Source: Octopus vulgaris
Taxonomy: Eukaryota
Assembly (NCBI GenBank): GCA_951406725.2
Contig: OX597816.1
Coordinates: forward strand, 68,324,001 to 68,388,000
Length of the DNA stretch: 64,000 nt
Direction: 5' to 3'
In this document: piece after piece, positions 13,360-26,498 of the stretch
Numbering within the stretch: the first letter of the stretch is position 1
Layout of the letters: each line of letters opens with the position of its first letter
Made by a program: the position numbers and the translations under genes
The notes under the pieces: model-generated
Seen by the model: the letters and a program-made list of their open reading frames with translations, nothing else
Databases searched by the model: none
Told to the model about the DNA's origin: nothing

Positions 13360-13830
13360 ATCATTACCACTGTTGCCACCAATTCCATGTTAATTATTAC
13401 TGCCATCACCATCAACATTGCCATCATCATCATCATCTCTACCACCATCACTGCTATCATCATCCTCACATCATCATCGTTATCACCAGCACTATCATCA
13501 CTCTCCTTCGCCTCTCTTCTTCCTCATCCTCCTCACCACCATTACCATCACGATCACCATCATTACCACCCCCATCACCACCAACACCAATACCACCGCC
13601 TTGTAGCTATTATTTTCATTACTATCTTGGCCAACAACGCAAACAGCTCTAACTTCATTATTAACATCACCACGGCATTCACCCCTGGCTTACCACTTCT
13701 AACCACTCCCCCCCTACATCACCACTATACCATCATCGTACTCATCAATACAATTTACAACACCTTCAAAGATACCATTGGATTCATCATCATCATTATC
13801 ATCATTACAAACAACTAACACAACAATAGC
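13360..13830. repeat. Degenerate (CAT)/(CAC) trinucleotide low-complexity tract
   Basis: Seen directly. It explains the His/Pro/Ile/Ser-rich ORFs in all three plus frames. Confidence 0.9.
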
Positions 13831-14215
13831 GTAAATGAAATTACGGTTAGAGAAAAAAGTATATCTATAAATAAATTAAAATAATTACAAAATAATCAAC
13901 AGTTTTTATGTAATTTTCTATTATAATTCAGGCACTTGTAAAACTGATTATCTTGCGCTATTATCAATTTACATTGAGTTATAGAGATTATTAATTATTT
14001 AGTGTAAAGATTAGCTCTGCACACTTCTCTACGCTGTTGCTGTTAGCCAAAATCTTTGTCTACATTCAACAGAGGGCAAAGACAGTAGAACAGAATATAT
14101 CAATAAATAGCTTTATAGTATTTCGCCTAGTTTTTCTAAGCTCAGTATGTGAAAGAAATAAAGAGTTGTTTGCCACTTTAACTATTTCGTCCCTCATGAA
14201 GTACTAGTATATTTT

Positions 14216-14523
14216 GTTGTTTGTTCCTTCTCAAGCAATGCCTGGCTGATAAGGGCCGGTTTCCCGGTTTCCCTTGGCGTATAGGTTCCCCATCTGGAAG
14301 GGACGCCGGTCCGTCATAGGTGAGCTTCAAAATGCTGGAGGAAAGAGTGAGAGAAAGTTGTGGCGAAAGAGTCAGCAGAAGTTCGCCATTACCTTCTGCC
14401 GGAGCCTCGTGGAGCTTAGGTGATTCGCTCATAAACACACACGTCGCCCAGTCTGACATTCGAACCCGCGATCCCTCGACCGCGAGTCCGCTGCTCTAAC
14501 CACTGGGCCATGTGCCTCCACAC
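14216..14523 (-). mobile_element. Full-length tRNA-derived SINE, family C
   Basis: Minus strand begins gtggaggcacaTGGCCCAGTGGttagagcagcggac...GGTTCGAATg (A and B boxes) and ends ...gaaggaacaaacaacaa. Flanked by a direct repeat agtatattt. A near-identical body occurs at 62478-62716. Confidence 0.85.
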
Positions 14524-15720
14524 CAGTATATTTGCTGATGTTAAAATGTAGCTATTACTGATGCAGTCTAGGCGAAGATCAGCTCTGATCGAGGAGACGT
14601 ATGATTCACTGCGACCAGGTTATTTTATCTAACGTGTCCTTTTTTAAACGGTACAGTATGATCCGAGGAAGATTTGGGTTGCTACTTCTCATAAGTCGAG
14701 TCACTGCTTAGATTTTGTCCTCGAGAGTGTTGCCTGACAGCATCGGAGAGCACAGAAGATGTGTTTTTACGAACTGAGTGTTGATTTTATTGTTCTTCCT
14801 TACAAGGTCCATAAAACGAATACCAGTGAGATACCGGCTTCAATGTAATCGATTCCCAAATTTATAATATTTGGTAAGAATTTGATTGAGCTCCGTGTAA
14901 CTTAGATTCGTAGGCTCATCAGACAAACCTAAGCCAATGGAGAGCAGGAGAAAATTCAAGATTGATACTGGAGATTTGGTTGTTAGTGGTCAAGATGAGT
15001 CACGTGGTGTTGTTGATATTGATATGGGAAAATCAGTGGCATTAAATAGATCAATAAGAAGTCCTAACTAATTTTATATTTCTCGAACAGTGTGGTTGGA
15101 CATAATGGTGACGGTACCTCGATTTCTGGGTGATATGAGGAAGAATTTTAAGCAACACCAGATGCCGGTGCGTGCGTGCGTTCGTGAGAGTATGTGTGTG
15201 TGTGCTTGTGTATTCGTGATGTGTGAGTGCGTGAGTATGCATATCTGGCGCGTATGTGTGTGTGTGTCTGTTGTGTATGTGTATATAATTATGATGTAAG
15301 AATATAATAAGCTGATTTCCTATGAATTGAAAATTTAATCTTTTGATAAAACAATTCTGAACGAATGTTCTATAATGGTATGCGTAGATAAACAGCTGTA
15401 GACGTATACAAGAAAATCAGGGTCCATTCTTTGTAGTCACTTGTCCTGCTAGTAATAACAGTCAAATTCCCAACAGATTATAACTACTCTGAAAAATCAA
15501 GCTAATAGAAAATAACACAACGGATAATGCAGTCTCAGATACAAAAAGCCATCTGCAGTCCGACGATGGTTTAACTGACTGAAACTTCGAAGTCACTGCC
15601 AATAATATTCTTGTTTAAGAATAATAAATTTGTACTGTAAAAAAGTATACAGCAACCAATCAGGTTAATGAGCAATTGTTTTTATCACGCCTGAACATAA
15701 AAATAAACACGCACCAACAC

Positions 15721-15816
<96 letters not shown>

Positions 15817-15821
15817 GTCTA

Positions 15822-15852
<31 letters not shown>

Positions 15853-15866
15853 GCCTACCTGCCTGC

Positions 15867-15923
<57 letters not shown>

Positions 15924-15954
15924 GATCTATCTTTCTTTCTTTCTTTCTTCCTTT

Positions 15955-16478
<524 letters not shown>

Positions 16479-16479
16479 A

Positions 16480-16680
16480 AGACTGTGTGTGTGTGTTCAT
16501 GTTTTTGTGTCTGTGTTTGTCCCCCATCACCAATTGACAACCAATGCTGATGTTTATCGTCCCCGTAACTGAGCGGTTCGATAAATTCCAGTGTCGTTTC
16601 GTTTAGCTAAATTTCTCCAAGGTGGTTCCTCAGCATGTCCGCATTCTAGCGACTGAAATAAAAGCTAAAGGTAACGGTAA
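16480..16680 (+). mobile_element. 3' half of SINE family A, diverged
   Basis: gtgtttgtccccc...ttgacaaccaatgctgatgtttat...ccccgtaactgagcggttcg...cagcatgtccgcattctagcgactgaaa aligns with 43200-43400. Confidence 0.75.
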
Positions 16681-16694
16681 AAGATATGCATATA

Positions 16695-17110
16695 CGTAGG
16701 TAGGTAGGTTGGTAGGTAGGTAAATTGGTAGGTAGGTAGGTAGGTAGGTACGTACGTACGTACGTACCTACGTACTTACGTATGTATGTATGTATGTATG
16801 TATGTATGTATGTATGTACGTACGTATGTATACATGTATGTATGTATGTATGTATGTATGTATGTATGTATGTATGTATGTATGTATGTATGTATGCATG
16901 TATGTATGCATGTATATATGTATGTATGTATGTATGCATGTATGTATGTATGTATGTATGTATGTATGTATGTATGTATGTATGTATGTATGTATGTATG
17001 TATGTATGTATGTATGTATGTACGTACGTATGTATGTACGTATGTATATTTGTGCGTACGTATATATGTACGCGTATGTATGCATGTACATATGTATGTG
17101 CGTACGTATG

Positions 17111-17144
<34 letters not shown>

Positions 17145-17170
17145 TGTATATAAGTATGCATGTATGTATG

Positions 17171-17204
<34 letters not shown>

Positions 17205-17210
17205 TGTATG
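16695..17210. repeat. Long (TAGG)n/(TATG)n tetranucleotide array
   Basis: Seen directly. Similar (CATA)n/(CATG)n arrays at 54945-55060 and 55370-55672. Confidence 0.98.
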
Positions 17211-17889
17211 AATTATGCATGCATACTGGAACACATTCAGTCAGTATGGCCTTCGTGTTACACAATCCGGTCAGTGGTTAATCAGAAGAAATAAATATTG
17301 ATTTGCAGGAAAAATATCTCCTACTCGCATCAAAAAAAAAAAGAAAAAACAAACAAAAACAAAAAAGGGAACCATCAGAATGACAAAGATAAAATTTCGC
17401 CTTATTTAGATCACCGGAAGCCATAAACAGTTGCGTGATAGACTAAATACTTTATAAGGTATTAACACCTATTTATGTTCTCAGTTCAAATCGCTGGGGA
17501 TAAAGCATTGCCTTTCATCGCTACGTGGTCCATCAAATACGGGAAGTAGGTTGCCATCAAGTACTGTGGTCGATTCCACCGTATATTTTAATTTCCGTTT
17601 TATGCTTCGTTGCATATCGAAATTATATTACTGGTTTTCTGGAATACTTGTTTTCTACTGGAAAATGATGCTAGTTCCTATTTCAACGTTTCTTTGTTAA
17701 TGGGGAAAAAGACACTGCGAAGGTTCTCTATGGTATCATAGCAACACTATGTATATGTATATGTGTGTTCGTGTGTGTGTGCATACGTGGGTGAGTGTGC
17801 GCGCGTGTGTATCAAAGATAGAGAGAGAAAGCTGGGATAGGAGCCGTAGAGTGAGACACTAAAATAGGGATTCCAATTTATGAATAATA

Positions 17890-18245
17890 ATGTAATGATC
17901 GACCCCGGAGGGATGAAAGGCAAAGTGGAAAGTGAAATAGGAAGGAAACGCCTGCAGTGGATTTGAATTCAGTGCGCGAATACAGAAAACTGGAAAAAAA
18001 TATTGCTGGGTTCTCTATCCATCACTCTTATGGCCCTTCGAACTCTCTACCATCTTCGAATATACATCTGCTTTAACCATTTGTAGCATTGGCCAATCAG
18101 AAAGACAAAAAAAAATATCAATGGCCAATACATTATTTTATCGACTCCTGAAAAGATGAAAGGCAAAGCTGACTTCGGCAGAATTTGAATTGAAATCTAA
18201 GCATTTTGTTCGACGCGCGAACAACTGTGCCGGATTGCCGTATTC
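17890..18245 (-). mobile_element. Old diverged SINE family B fragments (two pieces)
   Basis: tcgaccccggagggatgaaaggcaaag and ttttatcgactcctgaaaagatgaaaggcaaagctgacttcggcagaatttgaa are reverse complements of the family B core. Similar relics at about 3030-3120, 17430-17580, 19440-19530, 34440-34590 and 52925-53145. Confidence 0.7.
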
Positions 18246-19649
18246 TATACATAACGTTGCAAGAATGGCAGGGATATTAAAATTGGTGAAGTACCGGATT
18301 AACTACAAACCGTTTGGTTTAAGTTCAAATTTTATTGTAGTCACCCTTAACTTTCGCATCACTCCAATGTTCAGAAAATAACTTCCAGCAGTGTACTGGG
18401 GCAGGTGGAAACATATAAATCCTCTTATACAGACATTTACGTTTATTGTGTCAGTTATAGATAATTATTTAATAACGTGTCACCAGATATTGAGTTCTTT
18501 CGAATCTCGCCAGAGACGACATCTTTGCTTTTATTACTAAGTGATTGATAAAGCCTGTATCAGTAATATACTGATTTATTGCCAATCGATTATGTTTCTC
18601 TCAAAATAATTCAAGAATTTGGTTTTGTGATTCGATAATGCTCTAACGTTACATGAATTGTACATAAAAATATTTACTTACGTCTCACTTCCCCCATCCT
18701 CACCCCAATACCAATAATAAACAAACTGATATGCTATTAAAGATGAGAGCAGAAAAGGGAAACGAAGCAAAATATAAATAACTAAATAAATATGTAAATA
18801 TATTTATAAATAAATAAGGAAAAATAACCATTTCCTCTCATACATCAGATAATCATCATATTTTGTTTAAAAAAGTAATTGGTGATAAGATAAAAATATG
18901 CTACACCAATGATATCGTAGCTAGTTTTATTTTTACATAAATATACACATAATCAATAGTGATACAGAACTATATTTTATAGTAATACATGCCTTATTAT
19001 GAAATTGTAGATTGTGTATCAATAAGCAATTTAAATCCAGCGTTACGCAAAGTAATCGATAATTTATTGAAACAAATGACTGCAAATCACATTTATCTAC
19101 TGTTCTTGTATTCATATAATTTTATAGCCATTCGCCCACATTATAGGATATTATATTAATGAAGACTGGAGACATATCTGTCGGTGTATTATTATACTAA
19201 ACGTATTATACGATGGCTTCGCATTCTGGCAAAAGATCACACGATTTTAGAGAAGAGAATAAATATTTAATGCACCACAGAACTTGAGCGGTACAATATA
19301 ATCAACCCAGTAACGGCACAAAGTTGAAATGATTTAGCATTCAAGCACAGAAGATGGGTGGGACGAAAGGAAATACGTAGTTCCAGCATAAGCACGCTAT
19401 TTTGAGAGATTAAATGATCCGGTATGGCAGCCAGTTGTCTCAGTAAAGCATTGGATAAGACTATCTTGCGGTATTTCCTCCGACTTGCTGCTCTCTGATT
19501 TCACCGAGGTTAACTTTTCCGTTCATCCTCTCGAGCCCCAGCTAAATTAGAAGTGTTAGGTCTTAGCCCTTGCTCTTTGGTTTTGACTATGTTTCTCATT
19601 ACAGACTGCTTGAATTTGGTGGTATGTGAAACAGTTTATGTATGACACA

Positions 19650-20150
19650 TCACACATCAGGAATTCATCATTGGGTGGACGAGTCATTGGGGATTGAATA
19701 GTTGAAAGAAAAAATAAACCTCGTCGGTTGAGGTTGTGCCACCGGCAGGAGAAGAGACACCGTTGGGGGAACTGTGCCGCCAGCGGTAGAATTAGATATC
19801 CCGTCCCCGGAGGAAGACAAATCATTGGTCTTCTTATATAGAGGCGGAGAGGTAGAAAAGGTGGTGGAAAAGCACCATAAGGGAGCACCTTTAGCCTGCA
19901 CACAGGATCCCGAATGGCTTCCGCAGATAGCTGTGGAGGTCATAACGTTGCCCGTGATGAATAGGCTGAATGGACTCAATGGGGAATATTGCTTGTACCC
20001 AGGCGACGCCGACACGGCAACTATTTTGATTTTGAATGAGGCGTGGGTGATGGCGGAGTATGCGGGTACAAGTGATGTTGAGGAGGAATAGTGATAAGAG
20101 GTTGAAAAGTCTCAGTGTTATTGAAAGTTCCGAGTTTGGAAAGAAAGGTA
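19650..20150 (-). mobile_element. GC-richer decayed segment, probably the endonuclease region of a Penelope-like element
   Basis: Minus-strand peptides LPCRRRLGT and PTRFIFSFNYSIPNDSS resemble the PLE linker (PC.R.RC.TC) and C-terminal (E.RLIF.L....P.GLN) motifs. Heavily degenerate. Confidence 0.4.
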
Positions 20151-20219
20151 ACCACTAGGCCATGTGCCTCCACAAACGAGTGTATAATCTTCACAATTAT
20201 ATTCCGCTTGTATCGACAA

Positions 20220-20435
20220 CGGTTTCAAATTTTGGCGCAAGGTCAGTCATTTTTAGGAGAGGAGGGAGTCGATAACATCAACGCCAATACTTGATTAGTA
20301 CTTTATTTTATCGACCCCGAATTATGAAAGCTAAAGTCAACCGCGTCAGAATCTGAACTCAAAAGTAAAGAGCCAGAAGAAATATTGTTAAGCATTTTGT
20401 CCGACGCACTGACGATTATGCCAGCTTGTCGCCAA
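20220..20435 (-). mobile_element. Diverged SINE family B copy
   Basis: ttcaaattttggcgcaaggtcag...tttatcgaccccgaattatgaaagctaaagtcaacc...aagcattttgtccgacgcactgacgattatgccagcttgtcgcc. Confidence 0.75.
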
Positions 20436-21992
20436 GATCGTTTGTGTGAATAACATGACTATATTTATCAAGTGACGATAAACATGAAATATAGATGTAA
20501 TTTTAATTAAAATTTTAGCTTGGTTCATCACATTAACTAAGTTTTCTCCCACGTAACTATACATCCTTCATGGGGATATACATTAGAAATTCTGTCATGC
20601 CAGCATTATAATTCAGCCACCGTTGCAGTGCCCTGTGTTTCGATTACCCAGATGAAGACATTTTTGTGGGCTTAGATGGTTAAATTCTCTTCCTTAATAG
20701 GAAAATGCCGGCATGGGCTTCACATCTTTCGCGGAGGTAGATTTCATAAAAGCTGGAACAAATTCCATTACTTCTGTCTCAATAGAAAGGGCATTCTGAA
20801 AGGGCATATGACAAACACAAAGTTTCGCTGCGAAACAGTTTTCCAAAATTAGATCCATTAAACAGACTTGGCCTCCGTAGTCTTCCTACAGATTCCTAAT
20901 AATCATCATTTTTAATTTGGTGTTATACTTATAAAGGGGATGTTATACTTATAATGTTGAAAGCTGCCGGAAAGACATCATTCAAGTAAAAGAACTAAAT
21001 CAGTTCTTAATCTTAATCGAAATTGGATCACAGAGTTGACTCAATGAGGACTCGTGACACACTTTGGTGTTTACCAAAGTTTATTACTATTTTAAAAATT
21101 TAGTTTATCTTGCCTTTTGCGCGCTTGTTCAAACTTAATGAGAACGACTCGGTATTTTCTCTAGTGTCTTTCAGATACGAACTGACAACCATTTACCTGT
21201 GATATAACAACCTTATTCACTGGAGACTCACGATCTTTCACCTGTTTAAATGTTAATTTATTTCTTTTACTGTAGGGTATGAGATTTTCTGCGAAGAAAA
21301 TTACATCATTTCGACAGTTATTTCGCATGTCAAGTAAATTGTTTTCCGTAATCGATTATAAATTGTAAAATCTAATTTAAAGATTTATTGCTTATTACGT
21401 ACAAAGCCCTACGTGAAAACCACTTTGCTGTCAGTAATTTGGGATTAAACCATACTAAACAACATCCAGAAGAAAAACATAAATATGTTGAAGAAAAACC
21501 AAGAAAATAAACAAATGATGTGCTTAGACAAAGCATCTCCGTTGTGGCTTATGCAATTATTCAGAACTAGGACAAAAATCAGTTGAACACTAAAAGGAAA
21601 TGGAACGTCAAGCAAACATAACGAGTTTAGTAAAGTATTTACCACCTTTTTAATAATTAATTGTCGATTCTGTCTATTTACTTCATCAAATCATTTCAAG
21701 ATATGTTTGTTGTGAACTTTACTTTATTTCATTACTATTGTATAGTATTAGAATTGAAACTTTACACAGTGTTACATGATTGATCGCATCACAGAGCAAA
21801 TTTCCCGTGCGAAGTAGATGCTGTAAAAAGCTAACTTCATCGATGTCTCACCAGAAATGAAATACTGGCGTGTTCAATTGTTGCCTGTCAAAGCAGATTG
21901 TTCATGATTGTTTGTGAAGTAAAGTATATGATGTGTGAAAGATTCATTACAAATAAATACACAAAAAAGACAAAAAGGAAGAGAGAAAGAGG

Positions 21993-22047
<55 letters not shown>

Positions 22048-22390
22048 GAACATTAATATGTTTAGTAAAAAGAAATTAAATGAAATAAGATGTGAAACAT
22101 AACTGGCCAAGTCGTTGGTTGTTAGTCCAGAAATCGAAATTTGGATGATCGTATTTTCCCAAGAAATGGCCGGTATTATGTATTTGTTATACATGACCTA
22201 TAGCCCCGTATTTATTCCTTTTTAAATATTTTTTTTCATAGTTATAGTCATGCTGGAGCACCGGTTTGAGGAATCTTTGTCGAATATATAGACCGGTGTC
22301 ATTTCAACTGCAGGAAAATATATACGCCACAGAATCCAGGGAAGAGGTCTTATGAGCATTTGGCTTCGAAAACACCCCTGATCTTTTTTG

Positions 22391-22441
<51 letters not shown>

Positions 22442-23386
22442 ACACAAAAAGATCTCTCTCTCACGCACATATAGATATATATTATCAAATCGAATAATCG
22501 GACATTAAAAATAACAATAACAAAAAAATAGAATAAATAAATAAGGGGACGTGCACATGGACTGCATTATTAGATTGACACTTGGTAAGGGTGGTATTTA
22601 TATTGTCGGAAAACAAGTCGTGGTTCACAGGTTTTATTCATCTCAAATAGAGGTTAATTATTCAACAAATGGATTGTGCCCGAGGGCCCGATCGTCAACG
22701 ATGATGATGAGAATAATCAGACATTCATTCATTCACTTAGTGTGTGATATATGTATTGTACAAATGTATGTTACTATCATACAATAATATACAAATATCT
22801 CATCGCAAGGTTTGTTAATTTTGCTTTAGATAGATGGAGGGGTGAAGAATGAGACAGTTTTCATATGAGATGTCGAATGTAAGATATCTCGCATTTCAAT
22901 GTATAGGAAAAAAATAAAAAAACTAAGGAGCACTCACAGAAGCACAAACACATACACGCGTACGGACACTCTCATTTTGGTGCATGTCGAATGAGCCCCT
23001 CCTCCAAAGATACAGAGTTCTGAGCAGCAAAAAGCCCAACCTCACCCAAATTTCAATCACACACGCGAATATATAGTGCATGAACATGATAGAAAGCATA
23101 TAGATAGTCGCACATACATATAAATATTTGCACACGTGAACTCATTATTTATGGTTACTAACACAGGCATCACCAATATACGTTGGCGCGCACGTGTGTG
23201 TTTATATACATGTGTATGTATTTGTGTATGTATTTATGGATGTACACATATAACAGGCACTTAAAGCACTCAGAGAACCCATGGACAAAATTACGAATGT
23301 TGTTGCCAAATTTGATAAATAAATAAATAAATAAATGAAATACATGTGATTTATTTTTTGAGAGTCACTTGACATACAATAATGCA

Positions 23387-23437
<51 letters not shown>

Positions 23438-23709
23438 AGAGAGAGGGAGAGAGAAAGAAAGAAAGAGAAAGGGAGAGAGGGGGGAGTATAGGAGAGAAGA
23501 TTGAAAAGAAAAAAATCTGGAATCGACAATTAACTACATCTGGTTGGAAAGAAGCTATTATATCGAATATCTTAGACATTTTAATGGCCTTAAATGAAGA
23601 TATTGTTTCAACATTGTCTTCACTGACGAGTGACATTTATGGCTGAATCACCTGACTTAGCATTGTTTAATTATTTGTAAGACTACAGTCTACTAATAAG
23701 AAGATGACA

Positions 23710-23752
<43 letters not shown>

Positions 23753-23864
23753 GGAGAGAGAGGGATAGAGAGAGATGAGGAGAGGGAGATAGAGAGGGGA
23801 GTAAAGAATGCAAGGTGAATCAGTAAGTTATATTTATCAACCGTTCCAATCATGACTTGTTATT

Positions 23865-24050
23865 TTAGCCCCAGGTCAACCATGATCAAGCTGTCGTGTA
23901 AGATGTCAGGTATTCAAGCAATCAACACTCCTTTTATTTTCAGATATAGAGTATTAAAAAGTATATTACCCAACTTGTCCTTCTAATTAAAAGTTGATAG
24001 TGCACACTAGAAGGAGATTTGATAAATATTTCTAGCAACGAAAAAAACCT
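23865..24050 (-). repeat. Dispersed repeat with a (c)tagaaatagcagc / ggggctaaa-caacaa type tail, family unassigned
   Basis: Similar diverged segments at about 14570-14710 (-), 15430-15560 (+), 29440-29640 (+) and 51420-51560 (+). Confidence 0.5.
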
Positions 24051-24200
24051 GTTAGAGACTACAGTTTTCTGAGTTGTTATTGTCGATGTCAAATGTTTGA
24101 TTTAAACAAAGCTACGAATGCTCCGCTACCACAGATTATCTGACTTCTGCTGCCTTGGCCCAGTGTAAGTTTTATATATATATATGAACACATACACATA

Positions 24201-24261
<61 letters not shown>

Positions 24262-24270
24262 GTATATATA

Positions 24271-24464
24271 TATATTAAATTAGAGATAAAACCACTATTA
24301 GGCATATCAAACAGTGAAAAACATAAACCAAAACATAGAAGTAAAATTAATTAATATAATTTGCCTAATAGTGGTTTTATCTCTAATTTAATATATATAT
24401 TTATACTGTAAAATTAGATTTAATCCTAAATCTAATTTTTCCCTGTAAGGATTTATTATTTTGG

Positions 24465-24470
<6 letters not shown>
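24271..24470. repeat. Short element in (TA)n with 34-bp perfect inverted arms (24271-24304 and 24362-24395)
   Basis: tatattaaattagagataaaaccactattaggca / tgcctaatagtggttttatctctaatttaatata. The following tttttccctgtaag segment recurs at about 59720-59735. Confidence 0.85.
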
Positions 24471-24541
<71 letters not shown>

Positions 24542-24544
<3 letters not shown>

Positions 24545-25470
24545 TTCCGCAATGCACTGTTTTGGGACCACTACTGTTCATAATGGCCCTCTCAGACATG
24601 CCCTCAGCCACGCAGAGAGCCACGATCACAAGTTATGCAGATGATACAAAAGTTTCACAGACAATACAGAACCCTGAAGACACTAAGCACCTGCAATGTG
24701 AGCTGGACAAAATATACAAGTGGGCTGAAAAGAATAGCATGCAGTTCAATGCTGAAAAGTTTCAAGCTTTATGCTATCAGCATGCAAAACTAAATGCAAT
24801 ACCCAACAAATACACTGGACCTGGAGGGATTGCAATCCCAGAGGCACAATCAGTGCGAGACGTGGGTATTTACATGAGTGATGATGCAGCCTTTCATGTA
24901 CATGTTGCTAAATTGGCAATGAAATGTAGGCGGCTGACCGGATGGATTCTTAGAACCTTTAGAACAAGAGACCAGGAAACCATGATGGTCGTCTGGGGGA
25001 CACTTGTCCTAACCACTTTGACTATTGCTCTCAGCTATGGTCACCATCCAGTGTCAAGTTAATCACAGAACTTGAGGCGATCCAACGAAGCTACACGAAG
25101 AACTGGGCGCCACTGCATAGTGCCAAGGACTCCAAATTTGCCATCAAGATGTAGGACAAGATACTGTGATAGCCTGGGCTTCCGAGGCCCACATCTCTTC
25201 AATATCCTTCCAAAGAACCTGAGAGACCTGCATGGGGTGGATGCAGATGTCTTTAAAATAAAACTGGATCTCTTCTTGTCAGGTGTCCCAGGTGAACCAA
25301 CTTCACGGCAGGAGGTGCAGATGAGGGCAGCTGCATCGAACTCTCTCATGCACCAAATGGCAATTGCTAAAAGGCATTCGTGAAGTAAAATCATGTAGCA
25401 ACACCAAATGGCGGTGCCCCAGCATGGCTACAGCTTGTAAGCTGAAACTAGATAAAATAAAATTAAAAAA
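24542..25470 (+). mobile_element. 5'-truncated CR1/L2-like LINE: RT domain C-half, internal deletion, 3' end and tail
   Basis: VPQCTVLGPLLF..., SYADDTKV, W...N.MQFNAEKF, VRDVGI, GWILRTFRTRD, and later SLGFRGPHLFNILPK..FKIKLDLFLSGVP. Frameshifted at about 25010 with a junction near 25103. Confidence 0.92.
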
Positions 25471-25534
25471 AATATGAATTGAACTAATTTTAGCTCATGT
25501 GGCCAGGCTGGGGCACCGCCATATATATATATAT

Positions 25535-25775
25535 ATAATATTAATAGTTATCGCCAAGCTAACATGGCAGTCCAAAAAAATAGGACGAATGTTGCCGTTG
25601 ATTAGCTCCAAGAGGCCATCGCCTCTATCTAGCTATGTGGCACACGAACCTGTGTCCATTATAACCTTTGAACAAGGGATCAGCCGCTTTCCCCCTTGCT
25701 GGTCTGGCATCTACAGACTAGTTTCAGTGTATTTGCCCTTTATCAATGTAGAGTAGCCGAACCCAGCAGGCGTCA
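25535..25775 (-). mobile_element. About 240-bp non-coding element between (TA)n tracts carrying a hammerhead motif
   Basis: GC-richer island bounded by TA repeats on both sides. Hammerhead at 25711-25751 (-). Confidence 0.55.
25711..25751 (-). ncRNA. Degenerate minimal type I hammerhead ribozyme motif
   Basis: Minus strand: ctaca-TTGATAA-agggcaaatacact-GAAA-ctag-TC-tgtag. Stem I ctaca/tgtag extends to tgctgg/ccagca, stem III is the palindrome CTAG, and the triplet is GUC. Two core substitutions relative to CUGAUGA. Confidence 0.55.
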
Positions 25776-25948
25776 TATATATATATATGAGTAACATTAG
25801 AGTTACAGGTGTCATTCCATTCCAACCGTTTCTGACGACTCCTTTAATTGATTAATGAAAACAGTACATAATTGAAAAAAGAAACCGTTTTCGACAGATG
25901 AATTCATGAACTTCAAAATATAGGGCATACAAGATAGGCTAGGCTAAC

Positions 25949-26017
<69 letters not shown>

Positions 26018-26040
26018 GCTATATATATATATTTATTTAT

Positions 26041-26425
26041 AATTAGGGCTCAGCTAACTGCTTCACCACATACCAAAATTAGAAATAGGAGTTAAAAATT
26101 CCTTTTCTGCTACTATAAATTTTATAATAATTGGAAATATTATACCGAAGAGAGTAGTAAGTAAATTTAAATTACTTTAATCTCGAAACGCGTATATAAT
26201 TAATCCTGGTCGTGTTGATTCATTGTTTTTCTCTTTGTCTTCGTAAAAAAGTATGTTTACCGTCATGGAGATTCTTATAATAGCAGAAAAGGAATTTTCA
26301 ACTCCTATTTCTAATAGTTAGCTGAACCCTAATTAGAATTATGTGGATAATTTTATCTATAAAGTTTATTGTAACGTACCGACCTACTTGGTAATTAATT
26401 AATTAATTAATTAATTTAATTAATA

Positions 26426-26430
<5 letters not shown>
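26041..26430. mobile_element. Fold-back element (inverted arms about 26041-26118 and 26275-26334) enclosing a hammerhead motif
   Basis: aattagggctcagctaact..ttagaaataggagttaaaaattccttttctgctactataa is mirrored by ttataatagcagaaaaggaattttcaactcctatttctaatagttagctgaaccctaatt. Same family as 7925-8283 and 59795-60007. Confidence 0.8.
26139..26200 (+). ncRNA. Minimal type I hammerhead ribozyme motif (U4>C variant), well formed
   Basis: attata-CCGAAGA-gag[tagt aagtaa atttaaa ttactt taat]ctc-GAAA-cgcg-TA-tataat: 6-bp stem I, G-C closed stem II, palindromic stem III, GUA triplet. Confidence 0.75.

Positions 26431-26498
<68 letters not shown>

Noticed and set aside
13353-13818. His/Pro/Ile-rich ORFs suggesting a metal-binding or structural protein
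   Set aside because: Degenerate CAT/CAC repeat open in all three plus frames, with no splice or domain evidence.
14440-14523. tRNA-like sequence with A and B boxes (also the SINE A and B heads)
   Set aside because: No complete cloverleaf or acceptor stem, and it continues into a repeated SINE body, so it is not a tRNA gene.
19774-20091. 105-aa plus-strand ORF in a GC-richer island
   Set aside because: No recognisable domain. More likely the antisense shadow of a decayed minus-strand retroelement fragment.
21160-21340. Plus-strand acceptor-like sites (tctttcag at about 21174, ttttactgtag at about 21275); also tttcctttcag at about 26984
   Set aside because: No strong paired donor or informative peptide. 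Such motifs are common by chance in AT-rich DNA.
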